Positions 31,170 to 39,521 of a stretch of DNA of 64,000 nt are shown piece after piece. The translations under genes and the position numbers were made by a program. The stretch spans positions 433,321 to 497,320 of the forward strand of contig CAVSZB010000003.1 in the NCBI GenBank assembly GCA_963732385.1. The letters run 5' to 3'. Source of the stretch: an uncultured bacterium. GTDB taxonomy: Bacteria; Krumholzibacteriota; Krumholzibacteriia; LZORAL124-64-63. Below the pieces are notes generated by a model. It was not told where the DNA came from, ran no database searches, and was given only the letters and a program-made list of their open reading frames with translations. The first letter of the stretch is position 1. Each line of letters begins with the position of its first letter.

Positions 31170-32618
31170 ATGAGTCAGTACGATCAACTCGAACCGAAAG
31201 CCGTCTGGCAGATCTTCGGCGCCATGTCCGCCATTCCCCGCGGCTCGGGCAACGAGACCGCGGTCATGAAGATGCTCGCCGCCTGGGCGAAGGAGCGGGG
31301 CCTGGGCGTGAAGCAGGACCAGGTCGGCAACCTGCTGATCTCCATCCCGGCCACGCCGGGACACGAGAAAGCGGCTCCGGTCCTGATCCAGGGCCATGCC
31401 GACATGGTCTGCGTGAAGGACGAGGGGTCGAAGCACGACTTCATGAAGGATCCGATCCGCATGATCATCGACGGGGACTTCGTCCGGGCCGACGGCACGA
31501 CCCTTGGCGCCGACAACGGCATCGGCGTGGCGCTGGGTCTTGCCGTCGCCGTCGATCCCTCCGTCGTGCACGGCCCGGTCGAGGTGCTGGTAACGGTGGA
31601 CGAGGAGCGCGGTCTCACCGGCGCGGCCGGCGTCAAGCCCGGCTTCTTCACTGCCCGTAAGATGATCAACCTCGACTCCGAGGAGGACCACGCGATCTGC
31701 ATCGGCTGCGCCGGCGGACGCGACACCGTTTTCAACGTTTTGCCCACGCAGGCGCGCGCGTCCAAGGACAGCACGGCCCGCAAGGTGACGGTGACCGGCC
31801 TGCTTGGCGGCCACTCCGGCGTCGAGATCCACCGCAACCGTGGCAACGCGATCAAGATCCTCGCCCGTCTGCTGCATGCCGCGCTCGATGAGATGGACGT
31901 GCGGGTGGTCGCTGTCGATGGCGGCAGCGTGCGCAACGCCATCCCGTGCGAGGCCGTGGCTACGGTCGTCATTCCCGCCGCGAAGGGGCGTATTTTCAAA
32001 CAGCGCGTGGATGCCCTGGCCGCAAAGATCAAGGAGGAGCTCGAGGGGATCGACGACGGCTTCATCGTGAAGATGTCGACCGTGAAGGCCGCCCGCTGCT
32101 TCAGCCGCGAAGCCTCGCGCAACCTGCTCAACCTGATGGCCGCCATCCCCAACGGCGTGCTCGGCATGTCGCCCACCGTGGACAAGCTCGTCGAGACAAG
32201 CAGCAACCTCGGCGTGGCCAAGACCGACGGCGCGAAGGTGCAGCTGGTCAGTTGCAGCCGCTCCTCCGTGATGTCGACCCTCGACGCTCTCGTCCTCCAG
32301 CACCGTGCCCTGGGCGAACTGGCCGGCGTCGACGTTGTCCAGCCCGAAGGTTACCCCGGCTGGAAGCCGAACCTGTCGTCCGAGTTGCTCGGCGTCGTCA
32401 GCCGCAAGTACGTCGCCACCTTCGCCAAAGAGCCCGAACTCCTCGCCATGCACGCCGGTCTCGAGTGCGGCCTCCTCACCGAAAAGTACCCGGGCCTCGA
32501 CATGGTCTCCTTCGGCCCGAATCTTTTCGACGTGCATTCTCCCAAGGAGAAGGTAAGCATCTCTTCCCTCCAGAGGATCTGGAAACTGCTCAAGGGCGTG
32601 CTGGAAGACCTGTCGTAG
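31170..32618 (+). CDS. pepD: aminoacyl-histidine dipeptidase (M20)
   Basis: IPR.SGNE, QGH.DMVC, GTTLGADNGIG, DEE.G, NLDSEE, GGHSG..I, HAGLECG. Confidence 0.93.
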   Translation: MSQYDQLEPKAVWQIFGAMSAIPRGSGNETAVMKMLAAWAKERGLGVKQDQVGNLLISIPATPGHEKAAPVLIQGHADMVCVKDEGSKHDFMKDPIRMIIDGDFVRADGTTLGADNGIGVALGLAVAVDPSVVHGPVEVLVTVDEERGLTGAAGVKPGFFTARKMINLDSEEDHAICIGCAGGRDTVFNVLPTQARASKDSTARKVTVTGLLGGHSGVEIHRNRGNAIKILARLLHAALDEMDVRVVAVDGGSVRNAIPCEAVATVVIPAAKGRIFKQRVDALAAKIKEELEGIDDGFIVKMSTVKAARCFSREASRNLLNLMAAIPNGVLGMSPTVDKLVETSSNLGVAKTDGAKVQLVSCSRSSVMSTLDALVLQHRALGELAGVDVVQPEGYPGWKPNLSSELLGVVSRKYVATFAKEPELLAMHAGLECGLLTEKYPGLDMVSFGPNLFDVHSPKEKVSISSLQRIWKLLKGVLEDLS

Positions 32619-32656
32619 ACAGGATTGCGGGCCATCGTGCCGATATCGGGATAAAG

Positions 32657-32684
32657 CGGGGCCGTTCCTGCGGGGACGGCCCCG
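32657..32684 (+). terminator. GC-rich hairpin after pepD
   Basis: CGGGGCCGTTCC-TGCG-GGGACGGCCCCG inverted repeat; U-tract weak. Confidence 0.55.
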
Positions 32685-32806
32685 AATTCGTATCCCCCTT
32701 GACGTCCGGTCACTTCACGCTGATATTACTGTTTCACGGACTGGCGGCGTTTCAGTAATATTCGCCCCGTCGCCTGCGGTGCCGTTTTTCTTTCTGGAGG
32801 TAGGGT

Positions 32807-33343
32807 ATGCCCAGGACCAAGCCTGTACTCGCTTCAGACCTGAGCCTCGCCGATATCAAGCACCTGCTTGCGGCGAAGGAGAAGATGGTTGTACTCGAGG
32901 AGAAGAAGGCGAAGCTCGAAGAGGGTCTGGCTGCGGTGAACGCGCAGCTCGAAAAGCTGACCGCTTCAATCAAGCCGGGCGCGGCCAGAGCTGGCCGCAA
33001 GCCGGGTCGCAAGCCTGGCCGCAAGCCGGGTCGTCCGGCGGCGAAGAAGGCCGGGCGGCGTGTGATGAAGAAGGCGAAGACGAAAGCGAAGGCGAAGGCG
33101 CCGGTGGGCCGGAAGGCGAAGCGAGCGCCGGCTCGCAAGGGGGGCACGCTGCAGGAAGTCGTGGCGAATCTGATCCACGAGAACGGCAAGCCGATGGCCT
33201 TCCAGGACATTCTGGCGGTCATAGCGAAGCGCAAGCTGGTCAAGACCCGCAGCAAGAACTTCGCGAACGTCCTGCGGCGCACGATATCCGGGAGCAAGGC
33301 CTTCAATAACGTTGCTCGCGGCGTCTACGGTCTCAAGGGCTGA
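32807..33343 (+). CDS. basic putative nucleoid-associated protein (coiled coil + GRKP repeats + winged helix)
   Basis: GGAGG RBS; heptad-like N-terminus, GRKPGRKPGRKPGRP, K/A-rich linker, C-terminal TL.EVV..L...G.PM....I......RG.Y.L wHTH-like segment. Confidence 0.75.
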   Translation: MPRTKPVLASDLSLADIKHLLAAKEKMVVLEEKKAKLEEGLAAVNAQLEKLTASIKPGAARAGRKPGRKPGRKPGRPAAKKAGRRVMKKAKTKAKAKAPVGRKAKRAPARKGGTLQEVVANLIHENGKPMAFQDILAVIAKRKLVKTRSKNFANVLRRTISGSKAFNNVARGVYGLKG

Positions 33344-33394
33344 TCCACGGCCTGCCGGCAGGGTCCATACGTCAGCCAGCAGTTGAACTTCGAG

Positions 33395-33529
33395 ATTCCC
33401 TCGACTATCGAGGGGTTCGGTTCGACATCCTGTCGGACCGGTTTGGCGCTCGGGGAATCGCCCGGAATCATCCGGCGACGCTCCGCGCCTGCGATTGCCG
33501 GAGCCGCCGGCACCAGAGGTGAAGTCCGA
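33395..33529 (+). promoter_or_regulatory. structured 5' leader of the RRM gene
   Basis: hairpins CCCTCGA-CTA-TCGAGGG (33398-33414), CGGTTCGACA-TCC-TGTCGGACCG (33418-33440), and a third at about 33458-33478. Confidence 0.55.
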
Positions 33530-33781
33530 ATGAAGAAGATCTACGTTGGGAACCTGCCGTCCTCCGCGACCAGTGAATCCGTAACCCAGCTGTTCGCGCA
33601 GCATGGTGCGGTGCACTCCGTGGCCCTGATCAACGACCGCGAGACCGGTCGCCCCCGCGGCTTCGGTTTCGTGGAGATGGACGACAGCGCGGTCCCCGCC
33701 GCCATCAAGGCTCTCGATGGCCACGCGATGGACGGACGCAATCTCAGCGTGAACGAGGCCAAGGAACGGCCGGCGCGGTAG
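33530..33781 (+). CDS. RRM (RNP-1) RNA-binding protein
   Basis: KIYVGNL (RNP2), DRETGRPRGFGFVEM (RNP1), GRNLSVNEA. Confidence 0.95.
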   Translation: MKKIYVGNLPSSATSESVTQLFAQHGAVHSVALINDRETGRPRGFGFVEMDDSAVPAAIKALDGHAMDGRNLSVNEAKERPAR

Positions 33782-33936
33782 AGCCGGCCGTAAGCTCCGG
33801 TCTGATCGGCTGCCGCGCAGTCTCGTCGGCAGGATTATCGCTGCCTCGCGGTTCGGCGTGGGGGCGTTGGTGGAGTTGTTCGCGGCGTGCGGGGCTCGGT
33901 ACCAATCTGGCCGCACCCGCGGAAGTGGGAAAATGT

Positions 33937-33972
33937 GGGGGCCGTTCCTTCGGGGGCGGCCCCTGCTCCTTT
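33937..33972 (+). terminator. intrinsic terminator-like hairpin
   Basis: GGGGCCGTTCC-TTCG-GGGGCGGCCCC followed by TGCTCCTTT. Confidence 0.6.
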
Positions 33973-34122
33973 CGATCGGGAGTCACCCGCCTCGACCCGG
34001 GAGATCGCCGGTCGTCTGCTCCGACGGCGTGACGCCGCAGGCGGAGTGCCGTTTGCGACACCGGCGGGGGCGGGGCATATTCGACGCGCGGGCACATTGC
34101 CCGCGGAAGGGCGGCGCGCGGC

Positions 34123-35073
34123 ATGGTCACGGAAGAGTCCCGCGAATTGCCGGTTACGGGGGCGACGGCGGGCCTGCGCCTCGACCGGTTCCTGGCGACT
34201 GAGCTGTCGGTCTCGCGGGAGCAGGCTCGCCGTCTGCTCGAAGACGGACGGGTGCAACTCAACGACCGCCCAATCGGCGCGGCGCACAAGGGAGAGGCGC
34301 TGGCGGCCGGCGAGGTGGTCACGGTGCGCGGATTCCGTCCGCCGGGAGAGGCGCGGGCTGTGGCGCAGCCTGAGCGTCCGCTGCGCGTGCTGGCCGAGGG
34401 GGCGGGCTGGGTCGCCGTGGACAAGCCTGCCGGCATGGCCGTGCATCCGCTGCGCGAGGACGAGCGCGACACCGCGCTCAACGCGGTCGCGGCGCTATAT
34501 CCGGCGATCCACGGCATCGGCGAGGGGGGGCTGCGCAGCGGCGTGGCGCACCGGCTCGACGTGGAGACCTCGGGCGTGCTGTTGTTCGCCACGGAGCAGA
34601 CGACCTGGGAGCGGCTGCGGGCGCTGTTTGCCCGGCACAAGATGGCCAAGACCTACCGCGCGATCGTGCTGGGTGAACTCACGCGCTCCGGTTCGATCGA
34701 GCTGGCGCTGCGGGTGGCGCGGTCGGCGCGTCCGGCGCGGGTGGAGGTAGTCGGCGAAGGCCCGGCCTCCGGCACGCGCGCCTGCGGCCTGAGCTGGCGA
34801 CCGGTGGCCCCGTTGCGCGGCGCCACGCTCGTGGAGGCGCGCCCCGTGACCGGTTTTCTGCACCAGGTGCGGGTTACGTTCGCGCATCTCGGCCACCCGC
34901 TGGCTGGCGACCGGGTCTACGGGCCGGGGCCCGGCGAGGATCCCACCGGTGCGGCGCGCCACATGCTGCACGCCGCGCGCCTGGCGTGGGGCGACGTGGT
35001 GGTGGAGAGTCCGGATCCCGCAGATTTCGCGGCCCTGCTGGCCCGGCTGGCGCCGGACGCGAACGGCGGGTGA
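34123..35073 (+). CDS. RluA/RluD-family pseudouridine synthase
   Basis: S4 domain RLDRFL, VDKPAGM.VHP, HRLDVETSG, TG..HQVR...HLGHPL.GD..Y. Confidence 0.92.
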   Translation: MVTEESRELPVTGATAGLRLDRFLATELSVSREQARRLLEDGRVQLNDRPIGAAHKGEALAAGEVVTVRGFRPPGEARAVAQPERPLRVLAEGAGWVAVDKPAGMAVHPLREDERDTALNAVAALYPAIHGIGEGGLRSGVAHRLDVETSGVLLFATEQTTWERLRALFARHKMAKTYRAIVLGELTRSGSIELALRVARSARPARVEVVGEGPASGTRACGLSWRPVAPLRGATLVEARPVTGFLHQVRVTFAHLGHPLAGDRVYGPGPGEDPTGAARHMLHAARLAWGDVVVESPDPADFAALLARLAPDANGG

Positions 35074-35160
35074 GCCCAGGTCCGCGTTGCGGTCATCCTC
35101 TGTCACGCGATCAGCGGAAACCCCAACGGTGATATCCCCGGCGTGTGCTTGCTTCAGATA

Positions 35161-35227
35161 TTGACAACTGAGGACACAGAATATCATCATGGTCGCAGTT
35201 GTCCTGATCTGACCTCTGTTGTCCTGA
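35161..35227 (+). promoter_or_regulatory. sigma70-like promoter with direct-repeat operator candidate
   Basis: TTGACA at 35161, TATCAT/CATCAT at 35182-35190, GTTGTCCTGA at 35198 and 35218. Confidence 0.5.
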
Positions 35228-35239
35228 ACGGGATTGCGT

Positions 35240-35947
35240 ATGAAGCTGACGGTCGACGATGTCACCCGCCTGTTCAATGTCTCCGAGAAGACCGTGTACC
35301 GCTGGATCAAGAGCAGTGAGCTGCCGGCGTACCGGGTCAACAACCAGTACCGTTTCAATCGGGTCGATCTGCTGGAATGGGCGGCGGCGCACCGGGTGAA
35401 TGTCTCGACCGGGCTGGTCGGGGAGTCGCCCGATCCCGAAGGCTCCGAACTGCCCGGCCTCGCGGAGGCGCTGGCCACCGGGGGCATCCACTATCGAGTC
35501 GGCGGTCACGACAAGGAAACGGTCCTGCGGGAGATCGTCGGCCTGCTGCAGCTCCCCGAGCGGATCGAGCGGGAGAGCCTGTTCCAGATCCTGCTGGCGC
35601 GCGAGGAGATGGGGTCGACCGGGATCGGCGACGGCATTGCGATTCCGCACGCGCGCAATCCGATCGTCATGAACATCACCCGTCCGAGCGTCACACTCTG
35701 TTTCCTGGAAGAGCCGGTCGACTTCGGGGCGCTTGACGGCCGGCGCGTGCAGGTGCTGTTCACCCTGATCACGCCGACGATTCGCGTGCACCTTCATCTG
35801 CTGTCCCGGCTCGGCTTCGCGCTGCGGGCGGAAAGATTCCGGGCGGCGATCGTCGGGCACGCCTCGCGCGAGACCATCCTTGCGGAGGCGCGCCGCGCTG
35901 ACACCGTGATCGGGGCCGAGTCGAGTGCTCCGGGGACTCCGGACTAG
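35240..35947 (+). CDS. excisionase-type HTH fused to PTS EIIA (Ntr/Fru-type) domain
   Basis: LTVDDV..LFNVSEKTVYRW....LPA.RV...YRF; RE..GSTGIGDGIAIPHAR phospho-His motif. Confidence 0.9.
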   Translation: MKLTVDDVTRLFNVSEKTVYRWIKSSELPAYRVNNQYRFNRVDLLEWAAAHRVNVSTGLVGESPDPEGSELPGLAEALATGGIHYRVGGHDKETVLREIVGLLQLPERIERESLFQILLAREEMGSTGIGDGIAIPHARNPIVMNITRPSVTLCFLEEPVDFGALDGRRVQVLFTLITPTIRVHLHLLSRLGFALRAERFRAAIVGHASRETILAEARRADTVIGAESSAPGTPD

Positions 35948-35958
35948 ATCGGACGCGC

Positions 35959-37947
35959 ATGCGGCTGCTCGTCATGGCGCTGGGTCTGTTGACCGCCGGA
36001 GCGGTGGTGCCGCTGCTGTGGCCCCGCCAATCACGGTCGGGCGGCCGGTTCGGCGTGACCTGCGCCGTAACGGCGGGGCTCGTCGGTCTGGTCGGCGCGC
36101 TGCGGATCCTGCTGCGCCCCGGTGCCGTCGAGCAGGTACACCTGCCGTGGGCGGTGCCCTACGGCTCATTCTTCCTCGAAGCCGATCCGCTCTCGGTCTT
36201 CTTCCTGGTCCCGATCTTCCTGCTGACTGGACTCGCTGCCGTGTACGGAGCGGGCTATCTGAAGGTGCATGAAGGCGACCGGCCGACCGCGTCCGCCTGG
36301 GCCGCCTACAACGCGCTCACCGGAGCCATGGTGCTGGTGGTGCTCGCACGCAACGCCGTCCTTTTCCTGATGGCGTGGGAATTGATGGCGGTGACCTCAT
36401 TCCTGCTGGTGGCCCGCGACCACGAGAGCGCCGAAGTGCGCCGCGCCGGCCGGCTGTATCTCGTGGCCGGGCATCTCGGCACCACCGCCCTGTTTTTGTT
36501 CTTCCTGCTTCTGGGCCGGGAGGCGGGATCGCTGGACTTCGACCGTCTGGCCGCGGCGGGGCTGGGCGGGTATCCCCACGCCGGCCTGCTGCTGGCTCTG
36601 GCGCTGATCGGCTTCGGCACGAAGGCGGGCCTTGTGCCGCTGCATGTCTGGTTGCCGGAGGCGCATCCGGCGGCGCCCAGCCATGTTTCGGCCGTGATGT
36701 CGGGCGTGATGATCAAAACCGGGGTGTACGGCGTCATCCGCGCGCTGACCTGGTTTGGCCCGCCGCCGGTCACGTGGGCCTGGGCGCTGATCGGCGTCGG
36801 CCTGCTCAGCGGGGTGCTCGGCGCGTTGATGGCGCTGACGCAGCGGGATCTCAAGCGCGTGCTGGCCTACAGCAGCATCGAGAATGGCGGCATCATCCTG
36901 GCCGGTCTCGGCCTGGGAGTCCTCGGGCAGGCGACGGGGGAGGCTCCGCTGATCGTCCTCGGCTATGGCGGTGCACTGTTGCATGTGCTCAATCACGCCC
37001 TTTTCAAAGGGCTGCTGTTTCTCGGGGCCGGCAGCGTGCAGTGCGGCGCGCACACGCTGGATCTCGAGCAGCTCGGCGGCCTCCAGCGCCGGATGCCGTG
37101 GTCCGGCGCCGCGTTCCTGATCGGCGCGGCGGCCATCTGCGGGCTGCCGCCGCTCAACGGTTTCGTGAGCGAGTTCACGGTCTTTCTCGGCGCGCTCCAC
37201 GGCGTGCGCCTGGTCGGACCGGGCGTGGCGGCGCCGGCCTTCGCCGTGATCTGTGGACTCGGGCTGATGGGCGGGCTGGCGGCCGCCGTCTTCACCCGGG
37301 TGTTCGGCATCGGCTTCCTGGGCCGGCCGCGCAGCGCGTCGGCCGCGGGAGCCCGCGAGGCAGTGCCCGCCATGCTCTGGCCGATGGGGATCCTGGCGGC
37401 GCTCTGCCTGGGCGGCGGACTGGGAGCTCCGTGGCTGCTGGCCCTGCTCGGGCCGGTGCTGGCCCCGCTGGATGGCCTGTCACCGGGGGGTGGGGCGCGG
37501 ACCTGCGCGGACCTGGCCGCCACGTTGAAATCGGTCGTGCTGGCGGGAACCGGTTTGGGTGGCGTTGCGCTGGCGCTGGTCGCGTGGCGGGGCGCGTTGT
37601 TGGCGCGGCGCGAGGTGCGTACGGGTCCCACCTGGGGATGCGGTTATGCCCAATCTTCGCCGCGCATGCAGTACACGGCCTCGTCATTTGCACAGCCGCT
37701 CGTGGAGTTCTTCTCGCTCCTGCGCCAGCGGCGGGTGATCCGGAGGCCGCAGGGCGACTTCCCGGCCGGTGCCGAACTGACCACGGAAACGCCCGACGTC
37801 ATTGCCGCCCACGGCTGGCGGCCCGCGTTCGATGGCGCGGGTCGGCTGCTGCTCAAGGTGCATCGCCTGCAGACCGGCAGCGTACACCTCTACATTCTCT
37901 ACATCGCGCTCACCCTGATCGGGCTGCTGGTCTGGAGGCTGAGGTAG
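35959..37947 (+). CDS. HyfB/NuoL-like antiporter-type membrane subunit (Ehr complex)
   Basis: FLMAWELM, GFGTKAG..PLH.WLPEAHPAAPS.VSA.MSG, LAYSSIEN, NHALFKGLLF. Confidence 0.88.
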   Translation: MRLLVMALGLLTAGAVVPLLWPRQSRSGGRFGVTCAVTAGLVGLVGALRILLRPGAVEQVHLPWAVPYGSFFLEADPLSVFFLVPIFLLTGLAAVYGAGYLKVHEGDRPTASAWAAYNALTGAMVLVVLARNAVLFLMAWELMAVTSFLLVARDHESAEVRRAGRLYLVAGHLGTTALFLFFLLLGREAGSLDFDRLAAAGLGGYPHAGLLLALALIGFGTKAGLVPLHVWLPEAHPAAPSHVSAVMSGVMIKTGVYGVIRALTWFGPPPVTWAWALIGVGLLSGVLGALMALTQRDLKRVLAYSSIENGGIILAGLGLGVLGQATGEAPLIVLGYGGALLHVLNHALFKGLLFLGAGSVQCGAHTLDLEQLGGLQRRMPWSGAAFLIGAAAICGLPPLNGFVSEFTVFLGALHGVRLVGPGVAAPAFAVICGLGLMGGLAAAVFTRVFGIGFLGRPRSASAAGAREAVPAMLWPMGILAALCLGGGLGAPWLLALLGPVLAPLDGLSPGGGARTCADLAATLKSVVLAGTGLGGVALALVAWRGALLARREVRTGPTWGCGYAQSSPRMQYTASSFAQPLVEFFSLLRQRRVIRRPQGDFPAGAELTTETPDVIAAHGWRPAFDGAGRLLLKVHRLQTGSVHLYILYIALTLIGLLVWRLR

Positions 37948-37948
37948 C

Positions 37949-38866
37949 ATGATGGCGACCCTGCTGCCGTTCCTGCACCCGGTCATTGCGCTGCTGGCGG
38001 CGCCGTTGCTGCCGGGCGTGATCAATCGCGTCAAGGCGTTCTATGCGGGACGGCGTGGCCCGCCGCTGCTGCAACTTTACTACGACCTGGCCAGGCTGGC
38101 GTGCAAGGGCGCGGTCTACAGCGAGACCACCACCTGGCTGTTCAGGGCGGGACCCCTGCTTGGCGGCGCTGCGGTCGTCATGGCGCTGTTCATCGTGCCG
38201 TGCGGCTGTCTGCCCGCGCCGGTACATTTCGCCGGCGACCTGCTGCTGTTCGCCTGGCTGCTTGGTCTGGGTCGTTTCTTCACCGTGCTCGCCGCCCTCG
38301 ACACCGGCTCGAGTTTCGAAGGCATGGGCGCGAGCCGCGAGGTCTTCTTTTCCGCGCTGACCGAGCCTGTTCTGCTGGCCGGTCTGGCCGTGCTGGTCCG
38401 ACTGACCGGCACCGTCTCGCTGACCGGGCTCTATGCCGGCGTGACTCCTTCACTCTGGGCCGGTTCCGCGGCCGTGATCGTGCTGGTGGCAGTGACCTTC
38501 CTGGTGGTGCTGCTGACCGAGAACGCGCGGCTGCCGGTCGATGATCCCGACACGCACCTGGAGCTGACCATGATCCACGAGGTGATGGTGCTGGATCACA
38601 GCGGGCCGGATCTGGCCCTCATCCACTATGGCGCGGCTTTGAAGCTGTGGGTGCTCGGAGCGCTGCTGGTCGGGCTGTGCGTGCCGGTGCGCACCGGCCG
38701 GCCGCTGATCGACGCCGCCGCGATGGCGGCCGGCATGGTCACCCTGGCGGCGCTCGTCGGCCTGATCGAGTCCACCATGGCGCGACTGCGCCTGTCACGG
38801 GTGCCACAGTTGCTGGTCGGTGCCGGCGCGATCTCCACCCTGGCCGTCATTTTGTCGTTGAGGTGA
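37949..38866 (+). CDS. HyfC/NuoH-like membrane subunit
   Basis: GRRGPPLLQ.YYDL, DTGSSFEGMGASRE, RLPVDDP.THLELTMIHE. Confidence 0.88.
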   Translation: MMATLLPFLHPVIALLAAPLLPGVINRVKAFYAGRRGPPLLQLYYDLARLACKGAVYSETTTWLFRAGPLLGGAAVVMALFIVPCGCLPAPVHFAGDLLLFAWLLGLGRFFTVLAALDTGSSFEGMGASREVFFSALTEPVLLAGLAVLVRLTGTVSLTGLYAGVTPSLWAGSAAVIVLVAVTFLVVLLTENARLPVDDPDTHLELTMIHEVMVLDHSGPDLALIHYGAALKLWVLGALLVGLCVPVRTGRPLIDAAAMAAGMVTLAALVGLIESTMARLRLSRVPQLLVGAGAISTLAVILSLR

Positions 38867-38870
38867 ACCG

Positions 38871-39515
38871 TTGACGCACGTGGTGGACCTGATTCTCGCC
38901 CTGCTCGTGCTCTCGGGCTTCGTGTTTTTGGGATCGAGCCGCCTGCGGTTCTGCATCCGGACCCTGGCATTGCAGGGGATCATGATCGGTCTGCTGCCGC
39001 TCTGGAGCGGATCGCACACGTTGCCGGCCCGCGCCCTGGCGCTGGCGGCGATGAGCATCGCCATCAAGGGGGCGCTGCTGCCGCGCCTGCTCGAGCGGGC
39101 CATGCAGCGGGTGAACGTGCGGCGTGAGGTGGAGCCGTTCATCGGTTACAACGCCTCCCTGTTCGTGGGCATCGTCTGCCTCGGGATTTCTTTCTGGATC
39201 GCCGCAAGGCTGCCGTTGCCCGAGTCGTCCGGGTCGTCACTGGCGGTAATGGCGGCCTTCTTCACGATGTTCAGCGGCCTGTTCGTCATCATCAGCCGGC
39301 GCCAGGCCCTGACGCAGGTGCTTGGCTATCTCGTGATGGAGAACGGGATCTACGTTTTCGGCGTGGCGCTGGCCCTCGACACGCCGGCGCTCGTGGAGTT
39401 CGGGGTGCTGCTGGACGTGTTCGTGGCGGTATTCGTGATGGGGATCATGATCTTCCAGATCAGCCGGACGTTCGAGCACATCGACACCGACAAGCTGTCG
39501 GCGCTCAAGGAATGA
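38871..39515 (+). CDS. HyfE-like membrane subunit
   Basis: hydrophobic; QVLGYLVMENG, E.GVLLDV. Confidence 0.85.
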   Translation: MTHVVDLILALLVLSGFVFLGSSRLRFCIRTLALQGIMIGLLPLWSGSHTLPARALALAAMSIAIKGALLPRLLERAMQRVNVRREVEPFIGYNASLFVGIVCLGISFWIAARLPLPESSGSSLAVMAAFFTMFSGLFVIISRRQALTQVLGYLVMENGIYVFGVALALDTPALVEFGVLLDVFVAVFVMGIMIFQISRTFEHIDTDKLSALKE

Positions 39516-39521
39516 GCTGAC

